A DNA stretch of 64,000 nucleotides from Vicinamibacteria bacterium (GCA_964291235.2 OZ219815.1:160001-224000), one strand, 5' to 3'. Positions 53,689 through 63,713 are shown, counted from the stretch's first letter. Made by a program: numbers and translations. The notes: generated by a model not told the origin, from the sequence alone.

Positions 53689-54858
53689 TCAGGCGTCCCA
53701 GGCCACCCTAACCCTCTTTGGACCCCGAAACTCGAAACCTCGGAGCGTCACCTCCTCCGTCGGGTGCAGTCGGAGGCCGGGAAGGTTCCGGAAGAGCCGC
53801 TCGGCGCCGATCCGGATCTCCTGGCGGCCGAGCCACTCGCCGATACAGCGGTGGACCCCGAGCGCGAAGGCGGCGTTCCCGCCCTCGGTGCGGGTCGGGT
53901 CGAGCCGTTCCGGATCACGGAAACGGGCGGGATCGAGATTCGCGGCGCGCAGGATGCCGGAGACGAGCACTCCTTCGGGAAGCCGGACCCCGCCGATTTC
54001 GGTTTCTCGGGTGGTGGTGCGGGTGATGGTGCCGACGGGGGTGTAGCGGCGGAGCACCTCGTCCACGAGCCGCCGCATCGCCGCGGGGCTCCCGAGTGCC
54101 TGCTCGCGGAGATGCTCGTCGGACAACATCGTCCACACCACGAGGCCGATCCCGTCGCGCGGCTCGTTGATGCCGCCCGAGATCATCAACCGGACGTTGT
54201 TCACGATCTCCGCGGCGGTGAGGTCCTGCTCGGCGCCCAGGATGTGGAGGAGTCCGCAGGCCTCGGGACGGTCGCGCAGTTCGTCGAGGCGGGCCAGCAC
54301 CGCCGCTTCGACAGCGTCGGCGGCGCGCTCGCCGACGGCGAACGCCTCGGGCTCCTGCTCGAAGTTCGCGACCCCGACGCAGAGGCCCTCGCACCAGTCC
54401 CAGACCTCCCGGAAGTCATAGGCATCGAGGCCGAGCACCGTAGCGAGCGACCCGGCGCTCACCAGCGCTGCATACCCGGCGATGATGTCGGCTTCGCCGT
54501 CGTCCCGCATGGATTCGATGAGCCGGTCGCACATCGCCGGCAGTTCGTGCTCGGCGAAGGCGCCGCTCCGTCCGGCCCGCAGGAACGGCGGCTTGCAGGC
54601 CTTTTGCAGCCGGGTGCAGGCCGGCGGATCGAGGGTCAGCATGTTCTCGCCGAGCGTCCGGGCCAGAAAGCTCGGCTCGGTGGCGGCGCTGAAGATCTCC
54701 GGCTGATCCTCCATCGCCTGGACATCGTCCCAGCGGGTCACGAACCACATCTGGAGCGCCGGAATCCAGGCGACGGGTTCCTCCTCGCGGAGCCGGGCCA
54801 GGATCGGGTCCGGATCGCGGTCGAGATCCTCGGCAGTGACGGTGGCGGCGAAACTCAC
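53689..54858 (-). CDS. Cytochrome P450 with GGxNEP I-helix (GcoA/CYP255-like)
   Basis: DP....RLREEEPVAW, SGGINEPRD, EVLR, AANLDP, FALGVHRCIG. Confidence 0.9.
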   Translation of the reverse strand: MSFAATVTAEDLDRDPDPILARLREEEPVAWIPALQMWFVTRWDDVQAMEDQPEIFSAATEPSFLARTLGENMLTLDPPACTRLQKACKPPFLRAGRSGAFAEHELPAMCDRLIESMRDDGEADIIAGYAALVSAGSLATVLGLDAYDFREVWDWCEGLCVGVANFEQEPEAFAVGERAADAVEAAVLARLDELRDRPEACGLLHILGAEQDLTAAEIVNNVRLMISGGINEPRDGIGLVVWTMLSDEHLREQALGSPAAMRRLVDEVLRRYTPVGTITRTTTRETEIGGVRLPEGVLVSGILRAANLDPARFRDPERLDPTRTEGGNAAFALGVHRCIGEWLGRQEIRIGAERLFRNLPGLRLHPTEEVTLRGFEFRGPKRVRVAWDA

Positions 54859-54877
54859 AGACGGGTTGCCGTAAACG

Positions 54878-56158
54878 TCAGAGATAGGGGATGTACTCCC
54901 GCTTCTCCCAGTCGGTGGTGTGGGCGCGGAAGCGCTCCCATTCCCGGCGCTTCACCGTGACGTGCATCTGCACGAACTCCTCGCCGAACGCCGCCACCAG
55001 GTCCTTGTCGGCCTCCAGGTCGTCAAGCGCGCGGGCCAGGTCGTCGGCCACGGTGACGTCGGTGTCCGATCCCTCGAGGCAGTCCCCGGTCTCCTCGGGA
55101 GGAGGCTCGAGTTCCTGTGCGATGCCGAGGTGAGCGGCGAGCAGGGTGGCCGCCACCGCGAGGTGCGGACCGCAGGCGCCGTCCGCGAGCCGGTGTTCGA
55201 CCCGCGCCCCTTCCCCGCGTTCGAGTGGAATCCGCACCGCGCAACCGCGGTGGTCGTGGCCCCAGTTGGCCCAGTAGCCGCTCATCTGACCGGGACGGAG
55301 CCGGCGGTAGGAGTTCACGGTCGGCGCCACCGCGCCGGCGAGCCCCCGGTGGTGACGGAGCAGGCCGGCGACCGCGGACCAGGCAAGCTTCGAAAGCCCG
55401 CCGTCGCCGTCCGGATCGTCGAAGACGTTCTTTACGCCGTCTTCGAGGCTCAAGTTGACGTGAAGCCCGGAACCGCCGCGGTCGGTGAACGGCTTCCCGA
55501 TGAAGGTGAGGTGGTACCCGCGCTCGGCGGCCACCTCCCTGGCCAGGAGCTTGAAGAGAAAGGCCTCGTCGGCGGCGGCGAGGGCGTCGTTCTTGCCGAG
55601 CGTCAGTTCGAACTGCCCGTCGTCGTACTCGCTGTGGAAGGACTCGATCTCGATCCCGGCACGCTCGGCGGCGTCGAGCACATCCTCCATGATTCCGTCA
55701 GGGTCCGTCAGGGGCCCGGAGCCGTAAACATGCGAACCGGGAGTGCGGATCGGGTTGAAAGCACCTTCCAGGTCAGGCTGGAGCAGAAACGCCTCGAGTT
55801 CGATGCCCACCACCGGACGGCGTCCGTCGGCCTCGTGCTCGGCGATGGCCCGCTTCAGGATGCGGCGGGGCGAGCGTTCGAGCGGCTTCCCGCCGGCCTC
55901 CAGGTCGGCGACCACCACGCCGACTCCGTCGGTCCAGCCGTCGCGGACCGCCTCCGGATCGAAGACGGCGCGCATGTCGGGGAGACCCTCGAGGAGTCCG
56001 GAACCCGGATAGGCGTCCATCTCCCGGTCGAAACCAAGCGCGAAGGTGGCGAGGCAGTGACCGGTGGCGGCGGCGTTCGGCAGGAGGACCTTGCCGCGCG
56101 CGAGGCCGAGGTGGTCGGGCCAGAGCGGGCGGATGCGGCGGTAGTCGGGGTCGGTCAC
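54878..56158 (-). CDS. Glutamine synthetase-like gamma-glutamyl-amine ligase
   Basis: DHLGLARGK, GIELEAFL, EYDDGQFE, GSGLHVNLS, NSYRRL, WGHDHR, EHR; short N-domain typical of PuuA/GlnA4-type proteins. Confidence 0.88.
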   Translation of the reverse strand: MTDPDYRRIRPLWPDHLGLARGKVLLPNAAATGHCLATFALGFDREMDAYPGSGLLEGLPDMRAVFDPEAVRDGWTDGVGVVVADLEAGGKPLERSPRRILKRAIAEHEADGRRPVVGIELEAFLLQPDLEGAFNPIRTPGSHVYGSGPLTDPDGIMEDVLDAAERAGIEIESFHSEYDDGQFELTLGKNDALAAADEAFLFKLLAREVAAERGYHLTFIGKPFTDRGGSGLHVNLSLEDGVKNVFDDPDGDGGLSKLAWSAVAGLLRHHRGLAGAVAPTVNSYRRLRPGQMSGYWANWGHDHRGCAVRIPLERGEGARVEHRLADGACGPHLAVAATLLAAHLGIAQELEPPPEETGDCLEGSDTDVTVADDLARALDDLEADKDLVAAFGEEFVQMHVTVKRREWERFRAHTTDWEKREYIPYL

Positions 56159-56171
56159 GGCGGGGGTTGTA

Positions 56172-56744
56172 TCACTTCGGTCGCGGGCGCAGGACCAGCG
56201 CCGCGATGGTCCCGCTGGCGAGGAAGAAGTAGATCGGATAGATCGCGATGGCGAACTCCCAGCGATCCACCGCCAGCAGATTGCAGGTGTTCCCGGCGAT
56301 GAAGAGCGCCCAGGCGAGGCGGTCTTCGGTGTGCGGGGCGACGTAGGCCTTCCGGATGGTCGGGAGCGCCCCCGCGAAATCGACGCCGAGCGTGGTGACC
56401 AGCGCGACCACCGGAGAGTCGAAGAGCCACCAGAGCAGAAGACCCGCGCCGGCGCCCATGAGGCAACGGCGGTCGAGTGGCGTCGAGCCACCCTCGCCGT
56501 AGCGGATGCTCAGCAGCGCCGTCACCAGGGAGGCGACGAAGTAGCTGACCGCGACCCAGATGGTGGTGTCGGCGCCGGAGAAGTAGTAGCTGGCCAGCAG
56601 GACCGCGCCGGTCGTCGTCCAGATCCACCAGGTGGCCCGGTTCGGACGGGTCTCGCCGCGGAGAATCGCCGCGATGTAGGGGACGAACGCCACCAGCGAC
56701 AGGACGCCGGCCACCCAGCCGAACAGGACTGGCAGCGGCGGCAT
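56172..56744 (-). CDS. PQ-loop-like membrane protein
   Basis: Duplicated motif PYIAAILRGETRPNRATWWIW / PTIRKAYVAPHTE; about 6-7 TMs. Confidence 0.65.
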   Translation of the reverse strand: MPPLPVLFGWVAGVLSLVAFVPYIAAILRGETRPNRATWWIWTTTGAVLLASYYFSGADTTIWVAVSYFVASLVTALLSIRYGEGGSTPLDRRCLMGAGAGLLLWWLFDSPVVALVTTLGVDFAGALPTIRKAYVAPHTEDRLAWALFIAGNTCNLLAVDRWEFAIAIYPIYFFLASGTIAALVLRPRPK

Positions 56745-56899
56745 CAATCGGTTTCGCGGAGCGTGCGGGTGGGTGGGGCCGGGTTCCTCACGGTACCGAG
56801 GCGCCTCCGAGCGTACAACGCGTGAGCCGAAGGGGTTGGAGGGTGTCCCGCTGGCCGGTGGGTGAAGGTGGGAGCGGTGGGCCGATACGCTAGGTGTTT

Positions 56900-58459
56900 G
56901 TGACCCAACTGCATTTCGCCTGGACGACGCTATGTCTGGTAGCTGCTTGCGCGTCAGCGGGCTGCGGGACGGCGGAAGAGACGCCGGGGACCCCGCTCGA
57001 CGTGCCCGCCGAGCAGTTGGGGACACTCTTCGACGAGATCATCGAAAAGACGGAGCGCCGCGAGGCGTTTTCCCAGTTCAAGGAGGATGGGCTCTCCTTC
57101 GCGCCACTCGCGGCGATGAAGGATCTCCGGTCGGAGTTCGTCGCCGCCGAGACCGAAGAGGACCTCTTCTACGCGCTCGTCAAGCTCAGCAACGCCCGCC
57201 GCGACCGCCACCTGAGCGTGAACCCGGTGGAGGGCGGACTGGAGGTTCCCGACACCCCGGATCTCGCGGCCCCGGTCCTCGTCCTGCCCGACTTCTCCGA
57301 TCTGGACGACCCGCAGTTCTTTGTCGCCAGGGTTGGGATGGACCTTCCCTCCCCGCAACCCGGGGATCTCATCGTCGCCGTGAACGGCCGGCCCACCGCC
57401 GAGTACGTCGCCGAGTTCACCCAGTGGATCCGGCATTCGACGCTCTACGGCCTCTACTGGCACATGGCGCGCGAACTGCCCCTGATCGTGCGGAACGTTC
57501 CGCCGCACCTCTACTCCGAAACCCTGGACCTGACGCTCGAGGATGCCGCCGGCGACCGCTACGAGGTGTCCCTGCCCTACGGGGACCCCGACACCCACCA
57601 CGTCGGGCCGGAAGCGGAATACGAGGGGTTCGCGGAGGCCATGGCACGGGAGAACTTCCACGTCCACGTGAACGAGGAGGAGCGGATCGTCCTGCTCCAG
57701 TGGCTCGACTTCGAGCGCTCGCTGATCCAGGACGTCATGGACCTGATGGACCTCGCGGAGCAGGAGGAACTCCTCGACCACGACCTCATCATCGACGTCC
57801 GGGGGAGCAGCGGTGGCTCCTTCGGCGCGTATGCGATCCAGCGCCTCGTCAGCCGGCCCTTCCGCACGACGTTTGGAAATGTCCGGATCAGCGACGCCGG
57901 GGAGGCGCTCATCGAGCGGTTCCAGAATCTCGAGGTTGACGAGAGCGCGCCCGACATCTTCGGGCTGAACCTCAGCCGGAGCTGGTTGATCGACTGGGCG
58001 CGGACCGACGCTGCGGAAGCGATCCGGAGAGGCGACCAATACACCCCTCCGACTCCGTTCAAGCTGGCCCACCTGCCCCGGGACGCCGGCGGCACGCTGG
58101 AGCCGGCTCCCGTCCATTTCCGGGGCCGCGCCGCCATCGTCGGCGGACCGCACGGGGGCTCGCATCTCGACCAGTTCCTGTCGATGTTCGCGGACAACGA
58201 CCTCGCGGTGGTCATCGGGATGCCGACCGGCGGCTACAGCAACACCTGGGAACACGAGGAAGTGCTCTATTTCCCCGGGACCGATCGGCCGGTCGCGGAG
58301 TTCATGTGGAACATCGGCCACACCCTCCGCCCGAACACCGAGATCCTGGAGGGCAATCCGGTGCTCCCCGACGTTCCCCTTCCGCTCACCCGCGACAACT
58401 TCCGGACCTACGATCGGGAACTCCTCGAACTGGCGGTGGACGCATTGCGAGGCCAATGA
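56900..58459 (+). CDS. S41 family peptidase-like lipoprotein with PDZ-like domain
   Basis: SAGC lipobox; PGDLIVAVNG; LIIDVRGSSGG; GGSHLD.F; IGMPTGG; LEGNPV.PD; track start 56894. Confidence 0.75.
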   Translation: MTQLHFAWTTLCLVAACASAGCGTAEETPGTPLDVPAEQLGTLFDEIIEKTERREAFSQFKEDGLSFAPLAAMKDLRSEFVAAETEEDLFYALVKLSNARRDRHLSVNPVEGGLEVPDTPDLAAPVLVLPDFSDLDDPQFFVARVGMDLPSPQPGDLIVAVNGRPTAEYVAEFTQWIRHSTLYGLYWHMARELPLIVRNVPPHLYSETLDLTLEDAAGDRYEVSLPYGDPDTHHVGPEAEYEGFAEAMARENFHVHVNEEERIVLLQWLDFERSLIQDVMDLMDLAEQEELLDHDLIIDVRGSSGGSFGAYAIQRLVSRPFRTTFGNVRISDAGEALIERFQNLEVDESAPDIFGLNLSRSWLIDWARTDAAEAIRRGDQYTPPTPFKLAHLPRDAGGTLEPAPVHFRGRAAIVGGPHGGSHLDQFLSMFADNDLAVVIGMPTGGYSNTWEHEEVLYFPGTDRPVAEFMWNIGHTLRPNTEILEGNPVLPDVPLPLTRDNFRTYDRELLELAVDALRGQ

Positions 58460-59556
58460 CGACCCTGCCCAACCGCCTCCGCTCCCTCGACGCCTTCCGC
58501 GGGGCCACGATCGCCGGGATGATCCTGGTGAACAACCCGGGAAGCTGGGATCACGTGTACCCGGCGCTCCTCCACGCCCCGTGGCACGGCTGGACGCCAA
58601 CGGACCTCATCTTTCCCTTCTTCCTGTTCATCGTCGGGGTGGCGATCCCGTTCTCGCTGGGGCGGCGGGTGGAGGCGGGCGCCAAACGCGGGAAGCTCTT
58701 CCTGCGGGTGCTGCGGCGGAGCGCGATCCTGATCGGGCTGGGCCTCTTGCTCGCGGCCTGGCCGTATTTCGATCTCGGCTCGCTCCGGCTGCCGGGGGTG
58801 CTGCAGCGCATCGGCGTCGTCTATCTGGTGGCCGGGGCGGCGTTCCTGTGGCTGGGCCGCCGGGGGCTCGCCGTCCTGACCGGCGTCTGTCTGGTCGGCT
58901 TCGCCGCCGTCATGCGGTTCGTCCCCGCACCGGGCGGCGTCGCGGGTGACCTGGAGCCCGGAACGAACCTCGCGGCCTATCTGGACCGACTCCTCCTCCC
59001 GGGAACCCTCTACCAGGGCACCTGGGACCCGGAGGGGGTGCTTTCCACGGTTCCGGCGATCGCGAGCGCGCTGCTCGGGATTTTCTGCGGGCAGTGGCTC
59101 CGGTCGAAAGACCCCCCGCTGCTGAAGACGACGGGCCTCCTGACCAGCGGATTCACCTTCCTGACCGCCGGCTGGATCTGGAGCTTCTGGCTGCCGATCA
59201 ACAAGAACCTCTGGACGAGCTCCTACGTGCTGTTCACGGCCGGGATCGCGCTGTGCCTGCTGCCCCGCTTCGTCCTGATCATGGACCTGAGGAAGCCGCC
59301 ACGCTGGACGGCGCCGCTGGAGGCGCTCGGGAAGAACGCGATCCTGGCGTTCGTGGGGTCGGGGCTCGTCATCAAGACCATGCTGCTCTTCCCCGAACCG
59401 GGCCACGGATCGGCCTACACCTGGACCTACGAGGTCTTCTTCGCCTCCTGGCTCGGCCCGCTCAACGGATCGCTCGGATTCGCGCTCGCGAACGTGGCGG
59501 TGTGGACAGCGATCGCCGTGTTCCTCGACCGGAAGCGGATCTACCTGAAGGTCTGA
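58456..59556 (+). CDS. Heparan-alpha-glucosaminide N-acetyltransferase-like (COG4299/NagX) membrane protein
   Basis: RLRSLDAFRG, MILVNNPG, H..WHG.T.TDLIFPFF, GVLQRI, DPEG, PINKNLWTSSY. Confidence 0.9.
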   Translation: MTTLPNRLRSLDAFRGATIAGMILVNNPGSWDHVYPALLHAPWHGWTPTDLIFPFFLFIVGVAIPFSLGRRVEAGAKRGKLFLRVLRRSAILIGLGLLLAAWPYFDLGSLRLPGVLQRIGVVYLVAGAAFLWLGRRGLAVLTGVCLVGFAAVMRFVPAPGGVAGDLEPGTNLAAYLDRLLLPGTLYQGTWDPEGVLSTVPAIASALLGIFCGQWLRSKDPPLLKTTGLLTSGFTFLTAGWIWSFWLPINKNLWTSSYVLFTAGIALCLLPRFVLIMDLRKPPRWTAPLEALGKNAILAFVGSGLVIKTMLLFPEPGHGSAYTWTYEVFFASWLGPLNGSLGFALANVAVWTAIAVFLDRKRIYLKV

Positions 59557-59581
59557 CCGCACGGCGGAAGGAGGCGTTTCG

Positions 59582-61009
59582 ATGCTCCACAGAAACCTGA
59601 TCCTGGCGGTGGTTGTGTTCGCTCTGGCTACCGGCGCCTGCGCGCCTTCCGGAACCGGCGGTGCACCGGACGACACGGGACGTCCCACCGACACCCTGCA
59701 GATCCCCGGCGCCCAGGAACGTTTCGAGATCCGGAAGGACCTCATCGGGCAGCGGCTGGACACCGTCCTGCTCCCGGCCATGCGCGCGCACGGCATCGAT
59801 CTGTGGCTCGTCTTCAGCCGCGAGCATGACGTGGACCCGATCCTCTCGGAGATCGGCGGCGGCTGGGGTGGGGTGCGGAACGCCTATGTCTTCTTCGACC
59901 ACGGTGGGGACAGGCCCGAGAAGATCTTCATCGGGTCCCACGAGCTGCGCGACACCACCATCTACGAGACCTACGACGAACACATCCACTACGGATACAC
60001 CGAGGAAGGGGTGCGGCCGCACCTGAGGAAGGTGATCGAGGACCGTGATCCGCAGCGGATCGGGATCAACGTGTCACCGACGCTGCCGATGGCCGACGGG
60101 CTGACCTGGACGCTGAGGAACTTTCTGGAGGACACGCTTGGCGAGAAGTACGCGTCGCGCATGGTCTCGGCGGAGTTGCTGGTCCGCGACTTCCGGACCA
60201 TGCACGTTCCCGACGAGGTGCAGGTCTTCGCCGATCTCTGCGCCTGGACGGTCGCCTGGGAGGAAGAGGCGTTTTCGGACGCCGTGGTGAAGGTCGGGGA
60301 AACGACCGCGAACGACATCCACTGGTGGATGCGGCAGCGGACCATGGAGCTCGGGCTGATCAACGAGTTTCTGCCCGGCGTGCGGATCACCCGGAACGGG
60401 GAGACCCTGCCCACGAACACGCCCGATCACGCCGTGATGCCCGGGGACATCCTTTCGGTGGACGCCGGACTCGGCTATCTCGACTACCGCACCGACATCA
60501 AGCGGACCGCCTACGTGCTGCGGCCGGGTGAGACGGAGCCGCCGGAGAGCATCCGGAACGCGTTCGACAAGGCGCTCGAGGTGACCGACATCCTGACCGG
60601 CAACTGGATGCCCGGGGCCATCGCCCACGAGGTCTGGGAGCAGACGATGGAGGACGCCGGGATGCTCGGCTACCAGCCCGGCCAGCCCAAGACCGGAGGG
60701 GTGGTGGAGACGGATCCAACCCGGCCCGAGGTCGGTGTCTATTCCCACTCGGTCGGGAACTCCACCCACGACATCGGGGCGCGGGTCGCGGTGGACTGGC
60801 CGTTCGCCTACGGCGACCGGGTGCGGTATCCGCTGGCGGCCGGAGCCTGGTACTCGGTCGAGTTGCACGTGAGCACCCCCATCCCGGAGTGGGGCGGGCT
60901 GGTGCTGCCCATCCGCATCGAGGAGGACGCCCAGGTGCTCCCGGAGGGCGACGTCGAGTACTTCGTGCCGCGGCAGACGGAACTGCTCCTGATCGGCGGC
61001 GCCCGGTAG
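59582..61009 (+). CDS. M24 family metallopeptidase (Xaa-Pro peptidase-like) lipoprotein
   Basis: TGAC lipobox; D-x10-D (VDAG...TDIKR), HSVG...H, SVEL, IEED metal ligands. Confidence 0.85.
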   Translation: MLHRNLILAVVVFALATGACAPSGTGGAPDDTGRPTDTLQIPGAQERFEIRKDLIGQRLDTVLLPAMRAHGIDLWLVFSREHDVDPILSEIGGGWGGVRNAYVFFDHGGDRPEKIFIGSHELRDTTIYETYDEHIHYGYTEEGVRPHLRKVIEDRDPQRIGINVSPTLPMADGLTWTLRNFLEDTLGEKYASRMVSAELLVRDFRTMHVPDEVQVFADLCAWTVAWEEEAFSDAVVKVGETTANDIHWWMRQRTMELGLINEFLPGVRITRNGETLPTNTPDHAVMPGDILSVDAGLGYLDYRTDIKRTAYVLRPGETEPPESIRNAFDKALEVTDILTGNWMPGAIAHEVWEQTMEDAGMLGYQPGQPKTGGVVETDPTRPEVGVYSHSVGNSTHDIGARVAVDWPFAYGDRVRYPLAAGAWYSVELHVSTPIPEWGGLVLPIRIEEDAQVLPEGDVEYFVPRQTELLLIGGAR

Positions 61010-61040
61010 GGACACCGCACCCTTCCCGCCGGAGACGAAC

Positions 61041-61937
61041 ATGGAAACCCCCGATCCCCGAAATGCCGACATCCTGATCCATGTCGGCGGCGAGCTGCAG
61101 CCGCGGTCGGAGGCGAAGGTCTCCGTGTTCGACAGTTCGGTGCAAGGTGGCGACGCGGTCTGGGAGGGCTTGCGGATCTATCGGGGCCGCGTTGCGGATC
61201 TCGACCGGCACCTGGACCGGCTGTTCGGATCCGCGCATGCCATGGCCTTTCGCGAGGTGCCGCCGCGGGAAACGGTGCGGACCGCCCTCTTCGAGACCCT
61301 GCGGGCCAACGGCATGACTGATGGCGTGCATGTCCGCCTGACGCTTTCCCGCGGGGAGAAGGTGACTTCGGGAATGAGCCCCGAGTGGAACCGGTCCGGC
61401 TGCACGCTCATCGTGTTGGCCGAGTGGAAACCGCTCGTGTACGACCCCGCAGGCATCCGCCTGATCACCTCCGCGATCCGCCGGAACAGCCCCCAGTGCA
61501 TCGATTCGAAGATCCACCACGCCAACCTGATCAACAACATTCTCGCCAAGATCGAGGCGAATCACGCCGGCGTGGACGACGCTCTGATGCTCGACCTCGA
61601 CGGCTTCGTCTCCGAGACGAACGCCACGAACGTCTTCCTGATCCGAAGGGGCGCGCTAGAGACACCGCACACCCACAGTTGCCTGCCCGGAGTCACGCGG
61701 GCGACGGTGATCGAGGCGGCCCGGGAGGACGGTCTGCAGGTGGAGGAGAAGAACCTCTCCCTGACGGAGGTGTACACCGCTGACGAGATGTTCACGACCG
61801 GCACCGCGGGCGCACTGACGCCCGTGCTCGAGGTGGACGGGCGGCGGATCGGCAGCGGGTCACGCGGCCCGCTGACGCGCAGGCTTCAGGGGCTGCACCG
61901 CGAGCGCGCGTACGCGGACGGCGAGCCGATCGCCTGA
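61041..61937 (+). CDS. PLP-dependent aminotransferase class IV (BCAT/D-amino-acid transaminase-like)
   Basis: GDAVWEGLR, HLDRL, DSKIHH, ETNATNVF, LPGVTR, ADEMFTTGT. Confidence 0.9.
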   Translation: METPDPRNADILIHVGGELQPRSEAKVSVFDSSVQGGDAVWEGLRIYRGRVADLDRHLDRLFGSAHAMAFREVPPRETVRTALFETLRANGMTDGVHVRLTLSRGEKVTSGMSPEWNRSGCTLIVLAEWKPLVYDPAGIRLITSAIRRNSPQCIDSKIHHANLINNILAKIEANHAGVDDALMLDLDGFVSETNATNVFLIRRGALETPHTHSCLPGVTRATVIEAAREDGLQVEEKNLSLTEVYTADEMFTTGTAGALTPVLEVDGRRIGSGSRGPLTRRLQGLHRERAYADGEPIA

Positions 61938-61994
61938 GGGGATGGGAACGCCGGTTCACACCGCACCGGGAGAACTGGCCGCCGGCGCTCCGGG

Positions 61995-63692
61995 CTAGTA
62001 CCCCTTGACAACGCCGAGGCGCCTGGGGTCGGTCGCCCCGTGGAGCTTGCCGTCCTCCCCCATCCAGACGATCTGCATGGAGCCGGTGTGCCAGTTGTAG
62101 GCACCGAGATCGGTCACCTTGATCCCGCTCTTCTTCATGCCCTCGCGGACGGCGTCCGAGATGCGGGATTCGATCTGGACTCCCCGTTCATCGCCCCGGA
62201 AGGCCCAAAAGCGCGGCGCGTCGGCCGCGTCCTTCGGGTGCATGCCGTAGTCGATGATGTTCACCAGCACCTCGGTCACCGGCTGCGGCGGCGAGCCCGG
62301 CGTTCCCATCGCGAGCCAGGGTTTCCCTTCCTTCGCGATGATGATCCCGGTGATCGGCAGCACCAGGCGCCGTCCCGGACCGGCAGTGGAGGCCCGCGCT
62401 GTGCTTCCCGTCGCCCGCACGCCGTCGATGAAGATTCCCGGGGCGCCGCCGTGCCCGGTGTGGAGCATGGACACCCAGTTCCCGTGGGAGTCCACGATCA
62501 CGTTGTGGTTGCTCCCGAGATCGGCGGTGTCCGCGCCGCCGGCGCCCGTCGGAAACAGGGAGGCGGTCATGTCGGGAGCCTCGCTACCCGACAGATCCAC
62601 GCCGGGTAGCAGCATCGTGTTCTCGACGAACGCGGCGCCGAGCTTTCCGTATTCGTCCGACAACCAGAGCTCGATGGGCATCTGGAAGTTGAGCGGATCC
62701 TTGATGACCCAACGGGTTTCGTCGGCGACCCGGCCAAAGGCGCGGATCATGATCTCGAGGGCCTCGGAGGACTCGCTGTAGTGCCCCAGGCCCTTCAGGT
62801 CGAAGTTCTCGAGGATCTTGAGGTTGCTACCCACGATGACCCCGCCGGTGTCCGGCGGCGGTGAGCCGTAGAAGTCGAGGTCCCGGTAGGTGAACTTCGT
62901 CGGGTCGTCCCAGTGGGGCCGGTATTCGGCCATGTCCTGCATGCTGACCGCGAAGCCCTTCTTGTTCGCGGCCTCCACGAACTTTTGGGCCCAGGCCCCG
63001 GTGTACAGGTAGTCGGCGCCCTCGGAGGCGACTTTCTTCAAGTGCTCGGCCATTCGCGGCCGCTTCCAGCGCTCGCCTACCGGCACCAGGTGGCCGTCCG
63101 GCATGTACGCCGCGCGAGCCTCGGGGTTGCTGACGAGGTCCCCCTGCTCCATGAGCGCGTAGTTGATGCCGTACATGAACGAGGTGACGATGGCGCCCTC
63201 CTCGGCCGAGGCGATGGCCGGCTGCAGGTAGCTCGACCACTCCATGGTCCCGCTGCCGTAGCGCTCCGCGATCGCCTCGAGGCCGCGTACCACCCCGCCG
63301 ATGGCGACCTTGGAGACGTCGCCGTGGTCGTGCCGGTCGGCGCGGGGCCGCTCGGACACAGCGTTCAGTGACCAGTACTTGTCGGTGGCGGCGTCGTAGC
63401 CGATCACCGACATCGAGCCGAAGTGCGAGACCTGGTGGAAGTCCTGAACGTGCTGCACGAAGACGGCGGTCACCATGGCGTCCACCGCATTCCCGCCCTC
63501 TTTCAGCACCTGGAGCGCGGCCTCGCTCACCACCGGAAGCTGGGTAGCCACCATGACCGAGTCGCCAGTCGCTACCGGCTTCGGCCCCTGGTTGAGCTGC
63601 GGGTCGGGCTCGTTCTGCGCGGTCCCGGTGGCGGCGAGGGCCAATGTCGCCAGCGCCGCGAGCAGGCAAGTCAGTCGAAAGCTTCTTGTCAT
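61995..63692 (-). CDS. Divergent gamma-glutamyltransferase-family Ntn hydrolase (Ser at nucleophile position)
   Basis: GGNAVDA, PPPDTGG, LKILENFDL, GSNHNVIVD, GTPGS, DAPRF, GATDPRRLG; signal peptide. Confidence 0.85.
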   Translation of the reverse strand: MTRSFRLTCLLAALATLALAATGTAQNEPDPQLNQGPKPVATGDSVMVATQLPVVSEAALQVLKEGGNAVDAMVTAVFVQHVQDFHQVSHFGSMSVIGYDAATDKYWSLNAVSERPRADRHDHGDVSKVAIGGVVRGLEAIAERYGSGTMEWSSYLQPAIASAEEGAIVTSFMYGINYALMEQGDLVSNPEARAAYMPDGHLVPVGERWKRPRMAEHLKKVASEGADYLYTGAWAQKFVEAANKKGFAVSMQDMAEYRPHWDDPTKFTYRDLDFYGSPPPDTGGVIVGSNLKILENFDLKGLGHYSESSEALEIMIRAFGRVADETRWVIKDPLNFQMPIELWLSDEYGKLGAAFVENTMLLPGVDLSGSEAPDMTASLFPTGAGGADTADLGSNHNVIVDSHGNWVSMLHTGHGGAPGIFIDGVRATGSTARASTAGPGRRLVLPITGIIIAKEGKPWLAMGTPGSPPQPVTEVLVNIIDYGMHPKDAADAPRFWAFRGDERGVQIESRISDAVREGMKKSGIKVTDLGAYNWHTGSMQIVWMGEDGKLHGATDPRRLGVVKGY

Positions 63693-63713
63693 GTCGCTCT
63701 GCCTCCTGGTTGC

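Noticed and set aside
54878-56158. Housekeeping glnA
   Set aside because: Short N-domain, no adenylylation-site region and a catabolic context indicate a GS-like ligase
61041-61937. Assigning the symbol ilvE
   Set aside because: The class IV fold is clear, but substrate specificity cannot be read from the motifs
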